A DNA stretch of 64,000 bases from Octopus sinensis (Eukaryota). The stretch lies in NCBI RefSeq assembly GCF_006345805.1, contig NC_042998.1, positions 99,076,001 through 99,140,000 of the forward strand. Direction: 5' to 3'. A program made the translations under genes and the position numbers. Shown one piece after another: positions 47,860 to 61,463 of this stretch (position 1 is its first letter; each line of letters opens with the position of its first letter). The notes below the pieces were generated by a model. It saw only the letters and a program-made list of their open reading frames with translations, searched no databases and had not been told where the DNA came from.

Positions 47860-48612
47860 GCAAGAGAGACGGTTGCGCTGGTATGGTCATGTGGCGAGAA
47901 TGGATGAAGATAGGTGTGTGAGGGAACCCGTGGAAAACCTGGGGCGAGGTGGTGAAGCACGACCTTTGAACTTTAGGCCTCACTGAGGAAGTGACCAGCG
48001 ACTGAGACCTTTGGAAATATGCTGTGTGTGAGAAGACCAGGCAGGACAAGTGAGTCCAGCCCACTTATGCATGCCTTTCCTTCCTTGGACACACAAAGAC
48101 CTGTTGAGGCAAGCGAAGTCGAAATCGAACCTCATCCAACGACAGGCACCCATGCCAACCCCACTTCTCTGCTTGCGAAGACCTGTTGGGGCAAGTGAAA
48201 TCGAAATCGGAATCGAAATTGAACCAATCCTATGACTGGCACCCGGCAGATGCCAGGACCCCTGGACTGGTGGTACATAAAAAGCACTATCCGAATCGTG
48301 GCCGATGCCAGAGCCGCCTCAACTGGCTTCTGTGCCAGTGGCACGTAAAAAGCACCATCCAAATCGTGGCTGATGCCAGTGCCGCCTCGACCGTGGCCGT
48401 TGCCAGCCTCGCCTGGCACCTGTGCAAGTGGCACGTAAAAAGCACCCACTACACTCACGGAGTGGTTGGCGTTAGGAAGGGCATCCAGCTGTAGAAACAC
48501 TGCCAGATAAGACTGGAGCCTGGTGCAGCCTTCTGGCTTCCCAGATCCCCGGTCGAACCGTCCAACCCATGCTAGCATGGAGAATGGACGTTAAACGATG
48601 ATGATGATATAT
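47860..48612 (+). mobile_element. RTE LINE 3' end (ORF end plus 3' UTR)
   Basis: RRLRWYGHVARMDEDRCV...TSD*DLWKYAVCEKT, then kernel array and (GAT)n tail. Confidence 0.8.
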
Positions 48613-48683
48613 ATATATGCTTTCAAAATGTGACCTCGTGTGTACCGTTGGCGATTTTTTTTTTCCTCTATCTTCCCTTCTAT

Positions 48684-48718
48684 GTTTCTGACGAAGAGCT
48701 CCGCTCGAAACGTTAAAC
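48684..48718 (+). ncRNA. Minimal type-I hammerhead ribozyme motif
   Basis: GTTT-CTGACGA-A-GAGC-TCC-GCTC-GAAA-CGTT-AAAC. Stems I and II pair fully and stem III is the palindrome AACGTT. Lies in a ~190-bp element between (TA)n tracts. Confidence 0.75.
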
Positions 48719-51700
48719 CCTCCTTCTTTCCTGAGCATCCAATAATACCATATTTGTTCCACGTCCTCGCGTCGTTGTGTTTTTTTTGTACTTTCATGTT
48801 TGGATTAACTTTATATATATATATATATATATATGTTTGTGTGTGTGTGTGTCCGTCCATGTACTTGTGTCTGTGTCTGTCCCCTGCCACCACTTAACAA
48901 CCAGTGTTGGTGTGTTTACATCCCTGTAACTTAGCAGTTCAGCAAAAGAGCCAACAGAATAAGTAACAGGTTTAACAAAATTAAGTACTAGGGGTCGATT
49001 CATTTGACTAAAAATTGTTCAAGGCAGTGCTCTAGTATGGCCACAGTCTAATGACTGAAACAAGTAAAAGATAAAAGATAGAAAGATGAAAAAGAAAAAA
49101 TGCATAATTTGAATTGATATATTTAGTAATATTTGAATATTACTAAACACAAAACCCATCATCATCGCATCATTTTACTCCCACATTTTCATGCTTGCAC
49201 TATGAGTGCACCAAACCTCACGTGTATGTATGCCCACATTTTTGCGGACACTTGTTTGAGTGAGTGTACTGATGCCATGCAGCTTGCCCAAGGGCATTTA
49301 TGCATCCATACCTGTTAGTGATTATTTTTAATACTTTTCTTGCTGGATTGCATGTTCGTTTCTCTTTTTGTCATCTGTGATTTTATTTTTGATCTATATA
49401 AATGAATATATTTCCTCCGTCTGGCTGCTTTTCTCTCTACAAAACGGAAAGTTACATTGCGGAACAGTCATTTTAACAAGTTGTATTTATTTATCAGCTG
49501 ACAAGATACATCTGCACTACTGGATGCTCCTGAACAAGTTGTTGAGTGTCCCACCCATGAGGAATCGATGCTAGATTTCTTGAAACGATTGTCGTGGTTA
49601 ATAATAAATTTTTGTTTATTCCATCTTCTGTCTTTCATTTACTATATATAATTAGATCAGAAAATAGAAAGGTAATTAATATTTTATTATTTATTAATTA
49701 ATTCATAAATAATAATTTATTAATTACCTCTCTATTTTCTTTTCTTATTATAATAAATAAATATATATAAACCACAGTTGATATAGTTACCTTGCAGTTG
49801 AGTATTAACTATAATGTTCAACATTCTTTGTATAGAGGAGAATCCAAGGGCATCCTGTCTTGAATTCCTCCGTTATTGCCTGGAGGACTATGATAAATAG
49901 GAGGGGGCTGAGAACTGAACCTTGGTGGACCCCTACCTCTACCCTGAATTCTTCAGTGTACTCATTGCCAACTCTCACACACTCACACACATATATAAAT
50001 TTAAGTCACAATATATGGATTCAACTAATCTGGTTTTACTAAAAAAAAGCCCCTTAATGTCTCATTCTACTAAACATATAGAATATATAGTACAATACAA
50101 GAGAAAACCATAAGGTGTGTATAAAATTATAGATAAAGGGACAAATATACATTGATAAAATCTATTTTACCATTGGATATTCTTGTTTAATGTTAGATAA
50201 GAATATACAATGATAAAATAAATTTTATCATTGTATTTTTCTCTCTGTATTTATAATTTTATACACATACACACACACACACATATATATAAATAAAACT
50301 ACATCTTTTCTTCATGCACTTTCTCTCCCTCCCCACTCCTGCAGCCCAACACTGCTCCGTCATCTCTCTCATTCTTCTAATTTCTTTATTGCCCACAAGG
50401 GGCTAAACGGAGAGGGGACAAACAAGGACAGACAAAGGGATTAAGTCGATTACATCAACTCCAATGCATAATTGGTACTTAATTTATCAACCCCCAAAGG
50501 ATGAAAGGCAAAGTCAACCTTGGAAGTTTTTTGAACTCAGAACATAACAGCAGACCAAATACTGCTAAGCGTTTTGCCCAGCGTGCTAACATTTCTGCCA
50601 GCTCACCGCCTTATCTCTCTCACTCTTCTGTCCTCCCTCTGCCAACTTTATCATTGCTCATCCTGTCACTCCTTTAGATACTCATGTTTTATCACTCACT
50701 GCATTTCCCCCCACCCCCACCCTCCACCTTACCTTTCCCTCCCCTCTCTCCCTTTTACACCTCCATAAACTCCCTACTCATGCACTCGGAGAAATCCTCT
50801 ACCATTCCAATTATATTTACATCCTTACACCTTGAGAGTATACCCTGACACATTGCCATCATCTCGCCCATTCTCTCTTACTCTCACTTTCTTCTCCCCC
50901 TCCCTTTCTCTCTTGTTCTCCCTCCAACTAGCATAACCTTGTATCTCCTCTACAAGACACCTGTTTCTGTCCCTCTATCATAGTTTAGCCTCACCACCTG
51001 GCACAGAGTTACTTCCTTCAATATCACTCTTTCTCCTAGTCGAGGGGCGGGGGTTGTTTTGCAAGTTATTTGATGACACATAAAAAACACGAAGTCCACT
51101 CACTAGAGTGGTTGGCATTAGGAGGAGCATCCAGCTGTAAAACCATACCAAAGCAGACCTCACCAGTACTGGTGTCACATAAAAAGCACCCAATTTGCTG
51201 TAAAGTGATTGGCATTAGGAAGGGCATCTAGCTGTAAAAAACCATGTCAAAGCAGACATTGGAGCTTGGCATAGTATCCCAGGTTTAACAGCTCCTGTTA
51301 AACCATCCAACCCGTGCCAACATGGAAGGTGGACGTTAAATGATGATGATGATGATGATGATGATGATTGTGTGTGTGTGTGTACTTATACAATGAGCTT
51401 CTTTCAGTTTCTGTCAACCAAATGCACTCACAAACCTTTGGTCAGTCTGGGTCTCTGATAGAAGATACTTGTCCAAGGTGCTATGCAGTGGGATCGAACT
51501 GAGAATCAAGTTGTTGGGAAGGAAACCTCTTATCACACAGCTACACATGCATTATACACAACCAAAGAAAATCTTGTCTCTCAGATGAAAAAAAAAAAAA
51601 GAATGAAAGAAAAAAAAAATAGTTAATAGCAAACCAGAAAATGGATTAAGCAAAAGATAGCCCCACTGATTTTAAAACTTGTATTTTCAAAAACTTTCTT

Positions 51701-52149
51701 GTATTATTTTTCCAGATACTTTTGATGCTTTCTGCAACATTCATCACTTGTAACAACAAGGATTTACTCTAAATCCTACAATGCCGCTTAATAAGAAAAA
51801 TGAAGGAGTATTAACGTTACACAACAAATCCAGACTTGAAACTATTTTGCATCCAAATACACAGGTAGTATAACATTTATCTCTCTAAAAATAAAATTTC
51901 AATGTTACTTAACACTATTATAAGTCTGTTCTAGAAAGACACAAAGACACACAAACAAATAGATTATATACTAGCTTAAAAGCCGCACTCCATGCAAACT
52001 TTTAAGCTAGCTCCTCCTGTGAAGGGCTAATTGGGCCTGCAACCCAAAATTGAAGCGAGCAATAATAATAAAGCATTTATTGATACCCTACCAATATGTT
52101 ATTACTTTAAAGGAAAAACTTGTGAGTTCTTTTAAAATTTGAATAGAGG

Positions 52150-52191
<42 letters not shown>

Positions 52192-53251
52192 TGTGCTTTT
52201 GTGTCTGTCTTTGTCCTCCACAACTGCTTGATAACTGGTGTTGCTGTGTTTATATTCATGTAACTTAGAGGTTTGGTAAAAGAGGCCAATAAAAAATGTA
52301 CCAGGCACAAAGAAAAAAAAAGAGCTGGTGTTGATTCGTTCGATTAAAATTCAAGATGGTTCCCCAGTGTACCTGCAGTCTTATCGCTAGAAAAAATAAA
52401 AAGGACCACTAAATTCCTTACTAAAACTTAAAACTAAGGGAGTTAACTCTTGTATTATAGCATTGAAACCTCTCACGATTGCTTAATCAGCTAGATATAG
52501 CAACCAGAATACTTTTAAATAAAATCCCAATGCTGATTCCAAAATGGTTTAATATAGCTATGTAGAGCAAATGTAGACTAAGATAAAAGGATCCCAGATG
52601 AACAGACAGAATTTCGTTTTTATTAATATGTGTATCATCATCATTATTTGATGTCCGCACTCCATGCTGGCATGGGTTAGATGGTTAGACTGGAGCAGAC
52701 GAGCTGGAGAGCTGAACCAGGTTCCAGTCTGATTTTGGCATGGTTTCTACAGCTGGATACCCTTCCTAACATCAACCATTCCAGGAGTGTAATGGTTGCT
52801 TTTACATGTGACTGGCACAGGTGTTTTTTACACGTCACCAACAACAACCATGACTATGATTCATTGGTGGGTGCCACTTACATGGCACCATTGCTAACCA
52901 TGACTATGATGTACATGTGTCATACATACATACATACATATAGTTAGATAGATAGATAGATACATACATACATACATACATACATACATACTACATACAT
53001 AATACATACACAGACAGACAGACAGACAGATATACCTACACATACAAATTTTTATCTTTTACTTGCTTCAGTCATAAGAGTGCTGACATGCTATGGCACT
53101 GCCTTGAGGAATTTTAGTCAAAGTAATCAACCCCCAGCACTTATTTAATTTCTAAGCCTAGTACTTTTTCTATCAGCCTCTTTTACTGATCTGCTAAGTT
53201 ACAGAGTTACAGAGGTAACTTCATATACTCTGATAACATATACTTCTAAAT

Positions 53252-53537
53252 CAGTGGTTCCCATATTTTCTGAGGCTGCCACCCACTTGACACCCCGGTC
53301 ATGTTTCTAGTGCTTCCCACTTCACTCACCATCACAAACATAGACCACTTTCTGAAGCAAATTCAAAACAACTATTTCACAAATTATACTTAACCTAATT
53401 TACCCATTATTTTGTTGTTGTTACATCCACTTCCCCCTTTTGGCCACCTCATTATCACCTCACTTTTCTTCACCACCTCCTCCAGATCTTTCCACTGTCC
53501 CCAGGGGTTGCAGTACCACCCACTTTGAGAACCACTG
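53252..53537. mobile_element. hAT-type MITE
   Basis: TIRs CAGTGGTTCCCA / TGAGAACCACTG. TSD not conserved. Confidence 0.7.
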
Positions 53538-53569
53538 ATTTATTGTCTTACACATAGAAGCATGCATGT

Positions 53570-53935
53570 GGAGCCCACAGGCTACTTATTCTAAATCTTG
53601 CTTCCATACCTGGAACTTCTTCTCTAGTTCTGGTGGTGATTCAGCTTTAAGAACAAGGTCATCAGCATAGAGGAGCTCCCAGGGGCAGCCTGTCTTAAAT
53701 TTTTCTGTTATTACCTGGAGGACTATGATGAACAAGAGGGGACTTAGGACCCATCCTTGGTGAACACCTACTTGTATCCTGAATTCTTCGCTGTACTTGT
53801 TGCCAATCCTCACCTTACTGGTAGCATCTCTGTACATTGCTTGCCCAGCTCTCACCTGCCACTCATCTATCCCTAGTTTCCATATTGACAGCCAGATAAG
53901 GGATCAGGAGACCCTCTCAAAAGCTTTATACCAAA
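53570..53935 (-). mobile_element. RTE RT fragment (another short piece at 49800-49975)
   Basis: GVHQGWVLSPLLFIIVLQ...LLYADD. Confidence 0.8.
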
Positions 53936-56900
53936 CATAATTTAACTTCATACATTGAAGAATCTTTCTGGACTTAACTATTTGTCAACTTTGAAATAAC
54001 ATGTTCTATTTATTAAATATTATATGACTGTATTATAACTGTCATGTTATTACTCATATTCATAAACATTTTTTATTTCTGTTATTATTAAGTGCTGTGT
54101 TTCTCAGTCAATCAATTCAATTTTGATTGTGTTATAAAAAGCAATCTTGTTATTCTCTTTCTTCTCTCTATTCCATTATATATTTATGTATCTATTTGAT
54201 GATTGTTTCACTTAATCATCTTTTATTTCAATGTTTCCTTTTCTGTTATACTTTCTGTTACTTTATACTTTGTTCTTGATTTTCAAGATACTCATGATCA
54301 AGTGTTGAGTGATATGAAGTTTTGCTGGTTGACTAAGCGTTTCATTCCTGAAGCTTTTAATTTCTAGAGCAATGAGAAGACAATTTAATATGGAGTAGAA
54401 TTCAGAATGAGTGCTGATTGAAAGGAATCGATAGATAAGGAACTAACAAATTAGATAATTTATTTAGAAAACATAAATAGTGGTTTGAATAATAAAAAAA
54501 AAGCAGTGCTAACCATTCCAAAGTAGGCAAATAAGAGTCTTTAATTCTCTCTTTGGAATATATTTAATGTAATTGAATATTCATATAGTGTTCTTAGTTG
54601 AATTGGAGAGATATGAATCTGAAAATTGTTGCTTCGTCTCAGATGTGTGACCTGGTTGGTATATTGTAATGAGAAGGATGAAGACCAATCAGACAGTTGA
54701 GGTAAGCATGATGTGCACAACAGTAATTATTATCATGTACAAAAGTGTGATGGAACCTGAAAGATTCAGCTTGTTAGAACATCAGTGTAGATTTCATAAA
54801 AGAATCTACATTATCAGCCTTGTTGTCACCACCACTGTCACCATCGCCACCACCGCTGTCATCTTCATCATCATCACCATCACCGTTTCTGTTGCGACAA
54901 TTTCATAGTTTGTAAGGTCAATAAATTAAGTTCCAATAAGGTAGTGAGTAGGGATTTACTTCTCCCTTGAAATTATAAAAAAAAATCCTGTTGTTTGGTA
55001 AAAGACAGGATGGTCATCATTGGAGTGCTTTTGATAATAGTTCTATTTGATCCTTGCTCACAGTATATTTCAGACACGGATTGTGTGTCAATAACCAGCT
55101 GGGAATGATGTTTTCCTGGGGTTAAAAGGGAGTAACATGGTCCTACGCAGGACTGCTACCTTACATTGGCAAATAGATTTTACTATGCAGTATAGTTACT
55201 ACTTAGATCTCATTCAGCGATTTAAAACTAGCTGTTTTACTTATGACCTTGTTATTGTCTTTTGTTGTTGCAGTTGTCGTTGTCGTTGAGCAAAACAACA
55301 ACAATAATAAAAAAGCCTTTTGATTTGGCAAAAGAAATCATTATTGTTCTATACTGTTTATGAAATATAATTATCAAATTTTTATAATCAAATCTAAGAA
55401 CAAGTAGAATGTTTTGCTCAGTGTTTCACCTTCTTATCATTTCTCTCATGACCTTTACTGTCATAAAAATTCTCAGAAATAGAAAGAAAGAAAACAAATG
55501 AATAAATAATCCATGCAATTAACATATATTATTGCAATAAACTTTGACATCGTTATTCTCTGTTGTAAATGTCATTGTTCTAAAATGTTATAAATGTTAA
55601 AATTAATAAATATGCTATATGCAAAGCTGGTACAAATATCACCAGAAGAAAAAAAAATGTGAGGAAGCTGTTGTAACCTGAATATCTCATAAGAAATAAG
55701 CAGAGTACACTGTGTATGTGTTTTGTTCTCGATAAATTCCAACAGATTTATAAATGGTAAAGCAAAAATACAGGGTTTTTGTTTTGTCTTGTTTATTTTT
55801 CTTAACTTTACTTAGCAATGCTGGCAACTTATAAAAATAGTTGACATTAAAATTACAGTGACTTTAGCTATAGAGATCTAATGATGCCACCACTATATGT
55901 CTAGTGTATTTCCATGAAGCCGCTTCAGGCAACAGAATGTCTGACTGAAGACCACAAACAAGCATTAACTGACAGTGAAAATGATGATAGTGTTGATGGT
56001 TTGAACATCAGCTTAGCTGATTTTCAAAGGTGACCATTGCTTATTACATTTCTTTGATAAGGATCATGAAATAAATATTTTTCTTCTGGCTTTGACAAGA
56101 GGAAGAATGCAGAGGATTAAAATGAGAGGGTTGAAAATCAGATCCTTTCCTCTCTGATTTCATCTATATCACCCTTTAGTTTTCCTTGAAATAAACTGAA
56201 AATGGAGAGAAAAACCCTTTTTCATTCTCAACATGCTGAAAATATTTGTGAAAGGAGCATAAGAATAGAAGGACTGACAGAGGAGAATAGCTCAAGTCTT
56301 TAGTTTTACTTGGCAACTAGAATAAGAATGCTTCTGTTTTGAACTGAAGGCAGTTTGGTTTTATACATTTTTGCACTTTTGAGTATTTATTCAGACACAC
56401 TTTTACAAAACCACTACTTACTACCAAAATCAGTATAACAACCTTTCTGTGTGTGCGTGTGTATCTCTCTCTTTCACTCTCTCTTTGTATCTATTTCTGT
56501 CTCTCTCTCTGTTTTCTAATGTTCTTTTCATTAGCTAGCAGCATCACTTCCATCTCTCTACATTCTAAGTTCAAATGCTGCCTTGGCTAATTTTACCTTT
56601 CATCATTTTGGGTGTTGATGAAGTAACTACTAATTGAATGTTGAACTCGATGTAATCAACTTGCGCCCACATCTCCCCTCAAAATAGCTGGACTAGTGCT
56701 AAAATTAGAAAGAATTATTATTGCTGTTGATGTTGTTGTTGTTGTCCTGGCAGAATTGTTTGCACACCGAGCTGAATACTAAACAGCATTTCATCCATCT
56801 TTACATTCTGAGTTCAATTTCTGCAGAGGTCTGCTTTGCTTTTCTTCCTTTTAAGGCCAATAAAATAAGTACCAGTTGAGTACTGAGGTCAAATGTAATT

Positions 56901-56952
56901 GATTATTCCCATCCATTGAAAATTGATGACCTTGTGCCAAAAATTTGAAACC

Positions 56953-56968
56953 ATTATTATTATTATTA

Positions 56969-57053
<85 letters not shown>

Positions 57054-57080
57054 CATCATCATCATTATTATCATTATTAT
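56953..57080. repeat. Long (ATT)n microsatellite
   Basis: Directly visible. Many other TA, CA, CAT, TAA and GTA tracts occur, e.g. 225-273, 830-865, 47790-47848 and 62540-62612. Confidence 0.98.
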
Positions 57081-57850
57081 ATGAAAACTCACAGCTTATT
57101 TTGCTTGGTATGATGGAAAGTGTCAGCTGTCCACTGCTAGCAGACTAAGGTGACATTTGTTTACTGGTCATGCTTCAAGAACCCTGTGAAGAATTCTTGT
57201 AGTTCCAATCAATGCTGATTTTTGTAGGTGTTCTACCCTCACACCTGCACTGATATTTTTAAGCTATGTTTTCACTCTTCAAATCGTGATAGTTGTTTAT
57301 TTTTTCATCTTCTTTCACATTGATCCTGTTGATACCAGGGCATGCAATGTCGATCATCATACATGTTCTTTCTTTTTTATTCACCACTACAATGTCCGGT
57401 TTCTGATGACTGTCCAGGTGATCGCACTGGATCATTGCATCCCACAGGAGTTTGCAATTCTTATTTTTGGTGACTCCTTCTGGAGTTTGCTCATACCACA
57501 TCTTTACTCTTTGTAGGCTGAGATTTCCACAGAGCTCCCAATGGATCATTCTTGCCACATTGTCATGGCATCTTTTGTATCCACATTGTACCAATTCCAG
57601 GCATTCACTAACGATGTGCCATACTGTTTCACCCCTCTCACCACAAATTCTGCGTTTGTCACTATCAATAGTGTTGTCTGTCCTGCATTTCACAACCACT
57701 ACTTATATTCTTTGCATGATGCTTTAGACACTGAGCAATCCTTCTCTTTACACTGTATGGATGGTGGTAATTGAAGTTGAGGTATCGTCCACTAGCGGTC
57801 AGCTTGTGGTATACAGATCTTCTTGAATCCATACTTGGTGCGTGTTATTA
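57080..57850 (-). mobile_element. R4/Dong-like non-LTR element remnant (restriction-like endonuclease)
   Basis: RICGERGETVWHIVSEC (degenerate CCHC), HDNVA, LLWD, KPDIV..IDIACP and EKINNYHDL. Flanked by (TAA)n on both sides. Confidence 0.85.
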
Positions 57851-57860
57851 ATAAATAATA

Positions 57861-57861
<1 letters not shown>

Positions 57862-57891
<30 letters not shown>

Positions 57892-58105
57892 TGTGTACAG
57901 TGCTCAGGTGCACTACAACTCATCTAAAGTGTATATATAATCAGGTGTAGTTTCGGCGGATTTCGGAAAGCATGAGGGCCTTAAAGGATGCAGTGTCATG
58001 GCAGTTAACAACTGACGCAGGCAGTTTATTCCATGCTTCAGCAACTCTGAGCGTGAAAAAATGTTTCCGAAAGTCATGGGAGCTGTGTTGTTTTCTGACA
58101 ACAAT
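57862..58105 (-). mobile_element. Short 3' copy of the same CR1 family
   Basis: Near-identical to 40160-40380, with a (TTA)n tail. Confidence 0.88.
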
Positions 58106-58267
58106 AATAATATGTCCAGGAATGCCAGCTGATTGTCCTAGCACATATGCTAGGACACAACAACCTCCTAAGCAGACCGAGTGCAGATATGAGCAGCATA
58201 TGGGAACCGGTATTAAGGAAGGATAGGAAAATATTAGATTTATAAGCCCTAAAATTCACTCCATAAT

Positions 58268-58535
58268 TGCCCATGGGCATATGGCATGGTGGTTAAGAGC
58301 ACGGGCCACTAACCCCAAGATTCCGAGTTCGATTCCAAGCAGTGACCTGAACAATAACAATAATAACAATAATAATAATAATAATGATAAAAACATAAAA
58401 AAATACCTTAGGAATGAGATCCGGGTTTGAAATTTCCCCAAGACATCTGAAGAAGGCTGGAGGGTATATCAGCCAAAATGTGTTAACAACAAACAAGATG
58501 AGGACAAATATCCGTCGAATGTAAATAATGTAAAT
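58268..58535 (+). mobile_element. Second copy of the tRNA-head/hammerhead element
   Basis: B-box GTTCGATTCC (58327-58336), (AAT)n and degenerate core CTGAAGA-AGGCTG..CAGCC-AAAA. Confidence 0.7.
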
Positions 58536-58795
58536 AAAGAAAACATTATTATTATTATTATTATTATTATCATTAAGGCAGCGAGCTGACAGAATCATTA
58601 GCATACTGGGCGAAATGCTTAGTGGCATTTTATCCATCTTTACGTTCTGAGTTCAAATTCTACTGAGATCAGCTTTGCGTTTCATCCTTTTGGGGTCAAT
58701 AAAATAAGTACCAGCTGAACACTGGGGCCCATGTAATTGACTCATACCTCCCCCCTCCAAAAAAAAAATGCTGCCCTTGTGGAAAAATTTGAAAC

Positions 58796-58831
<36 letters not shown>

Positions 58832-59184
58832 AGCAGCAAGCTAGCAGAATCATTAGCAAGCCAGGCAATATGCTTAGTGGCATTTCGTTTGTCTTTATGT
58901 TCTGAGTTCAAATTCCATTGAGGTGAACTTTGCCTTTCATCCAAGTACTGGAGTCAATGAAATAGACTAGCTCTCTCCCATAAAATCTCAGGATTTGTGC
59001 CTGTAATAGAAAAGATTATTTTTAAGGCAGTGCACTGGCAAGATCATTAGCATGCTGGGCAAAATGCTGACCAGCATTTCTCCTGTCCTTACCTTCTAAG
59101 TTCAAATACCACTGAGTTTGACTTTACCATTCATCCTTCAGGGTTGGTTGCATCTGTTGGTGCAGCACCTGGCAAGATGGTTGT

Positions 59185-60200
59185 GTGGTTCCATTTCCCT
59201 GACATCAGGGTTGATCTCGAAGCTCTTCAGTGAGTTTTTGAGTATATCCTTGAAGCACCTTTTCTGTCCATCTTGAATGTGCTTGCCTTCTACCACTTCA
59301 CTGTAGAACAAGTGATTGGAGAGTCACGTATCAGGCATTCAAACAAGGTGGCCTACCCTCCTGACTTGTGCTCTCCTCAGCTGTGTGTAAATGCTTGGCA
59401 GATCAGCTCAAAAGTGGACCTCTGTGTCTGGGACCATGTCTTTCCAGTTGATTTTTCAACAGCTTTCTCAGGCAGTTCATGTGGAAATAGTTTGGATATT
59501 TGACATGGCATTCATAAACCCTTGAAGTTTCACAGGTATACAGTAGTGTAGGCAGTACAACTACTAGGTACACCTTCAACTTGGTGAGCAGGCTAATGTC
59601 TCTTCTCTCTCACACTGATTCACATAGCTGTCCAAATTCTGAGCTTCCCTTGGTGATGCATTTGTCAACTTCGTTGTCAATATTCACAAATCTGGAGAGT
59701 GTGCTGCTGAGGTATATGAACTTATCAACAACCTTCAGGGTTTGCTCTTTGATAGTAATAGTTGGTTCCACATACTGCTTCTGCAGGGCAGGCTGGTGCC
59801 TGACACCTGTCTCCTGAGTACTGATTGTGAGGCCAAAGTTGTTGCAGGCAGTGGGAAAACAATTTATGCTCTGCTACATCTGAGCCTTTGTGGTGGAGTT
59901 GAGTGCTCAGTTATCTGCAAACAGGAACTGGCAAACTGAGTCCTCTTCCACCTTGGCGTTGGCCTATACCTCTCCAAGTTGAAGATCTGCCATCAGTCCT
60001 GAATCTGATCTTGATGCTGGTTTTGTCATAATTGCAGAAGGCATCCTACAGCATTGCTGAGAACATCATGCTGAACAACGTAGGTGACTCCTTTAGTGAC
60101 TGGGAATGCTTCAGAAGAATCTCCATTCAATCTCTTGTGCAGTACATAACCTGCTGATCACCAACACAGTGTTCCACCTGCACAACCACAAAAAGATGGC
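59185..60200 (-). mobile_element. BovB-like RTE LINE remnant with an inverted endonuclease piece
   Basis: Minus strand: MMFSAML, RTDG..FNL, FLFADN, FGLTIS, KFIYLSSTLS and TKLKVY. Plus strand 60110-60200: HNLLITNTVF. Confidence 0.78.
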
Positions 60201-60957
60201 TGCTAAGGAAGTGTGGACTCTGCAAACTAGTGTCTTGGAGAGCAGTATCTCCAAACAAAACTTAATACATGATAGAGTGAACTCTCTAGTCCTGCTATAA
60301 ATACCATCTCTAAAGCTGATGACATGATACAATGTATCAGTGCCATGCTGTAGAGTATTTGGTGATAGGAAATAAAAACTTGAACTTTGTATTATTAGAA
60401 AGAATTGCAAGATAGATTCCTTAAACCTAACCAACTAACAAATGATCTAACAGTAAACCAAGAATGAAATGGTTGGATAATATACATAAGTCTCAGTTGA
60501 TCATGCTTGGGAATCCAGCTGGATAGTGTAATGATGGTTGCTTCTGAGAGAACCCTATGAAGATCTATTCCTTCCCAGGAATAGTGGGTGGAGAAGAGGA
60601 ATTTAAGCTGACTAGACAGCTAAGTTTTCAGTTTATTTATTTAGTTTGTATTTATGGCATAGAATATTGTTATGACTGATTATATTTCTACTTGAAGATA
60701 CTGGTAACAACGCCTTCAAACATTGCTGTGAAAGAATCCCAAAATGCAAACCTCAGAGATACTGAACCAACTTGTTGTCCGCCAAAATTTAATAGGGCAG
60801 CAACATTTAATAATGATTCCAAGGCAAACAATCAGGTAAAAATTTAATTTTCCTTATCTCTTCTTGCAGCTTTAATCACTAGCTTGTTTCTTGAATTTTT
60901 TTCTTTTTTTATGAGGAGTTGGGAAGTGAAAGCTTTTTTTTTTACCTTGATGCACAT

Positions 60958-61035
60958 AAAATAACCATGTTCACACTAAATTGTAAATAACCATGCTTGC
61001 ACTAAATTGCAAATAACCATACTTGCACTAAATTG
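60958..61035. repeat. 3 x 26-bp minisatellite
   Basis: Unit AAATAACCATG(T/C)TT(C/G)CACTAAATTG(T/C). Confidence 0.85.
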
Positions 61036-61463
61036 AATATCTGATTATAGATTAATTACAGACCATAGTTTTTACATGAGGGAGATGTTACTAATTCTAA
61101 GCACTCAACTATCACATTTTTTGCCCGGAAGACTTTGTTTAGAATACAATGCAATCACTTACCATACATTCTAACAATTTCAAATATTGGGTTTAAAATA
61201 AAAACTGCCGAGAATTACCCTGTAAGGTCATGAGTTTGATACCCAGTGGTGTGTAGTGCTTTTGAGCAAGACACTTTATTATACATTGCTCCAGTCAACT
61301 CAGCTGGTAAAAATGAGTTGTACCAGTATTTCAAGGAACCAGCTTTGTCACACTGTGTCATGCTGAATCTCCCTGAGTGTTAAGGGTTTGCATGTTTGTA
61401 GACTGCTCAGTCATTTGTACATTCATTTCATAAGCAGGCTAGTGCCAGTTTTATATATATATA

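Noticed and set aside
50590-50950. Polypyrimidine/polypurine tract with G4 or triplex potential
   Set aside because: Degenerate low-complexity sequence common in this type of genome, with no evidence of function.
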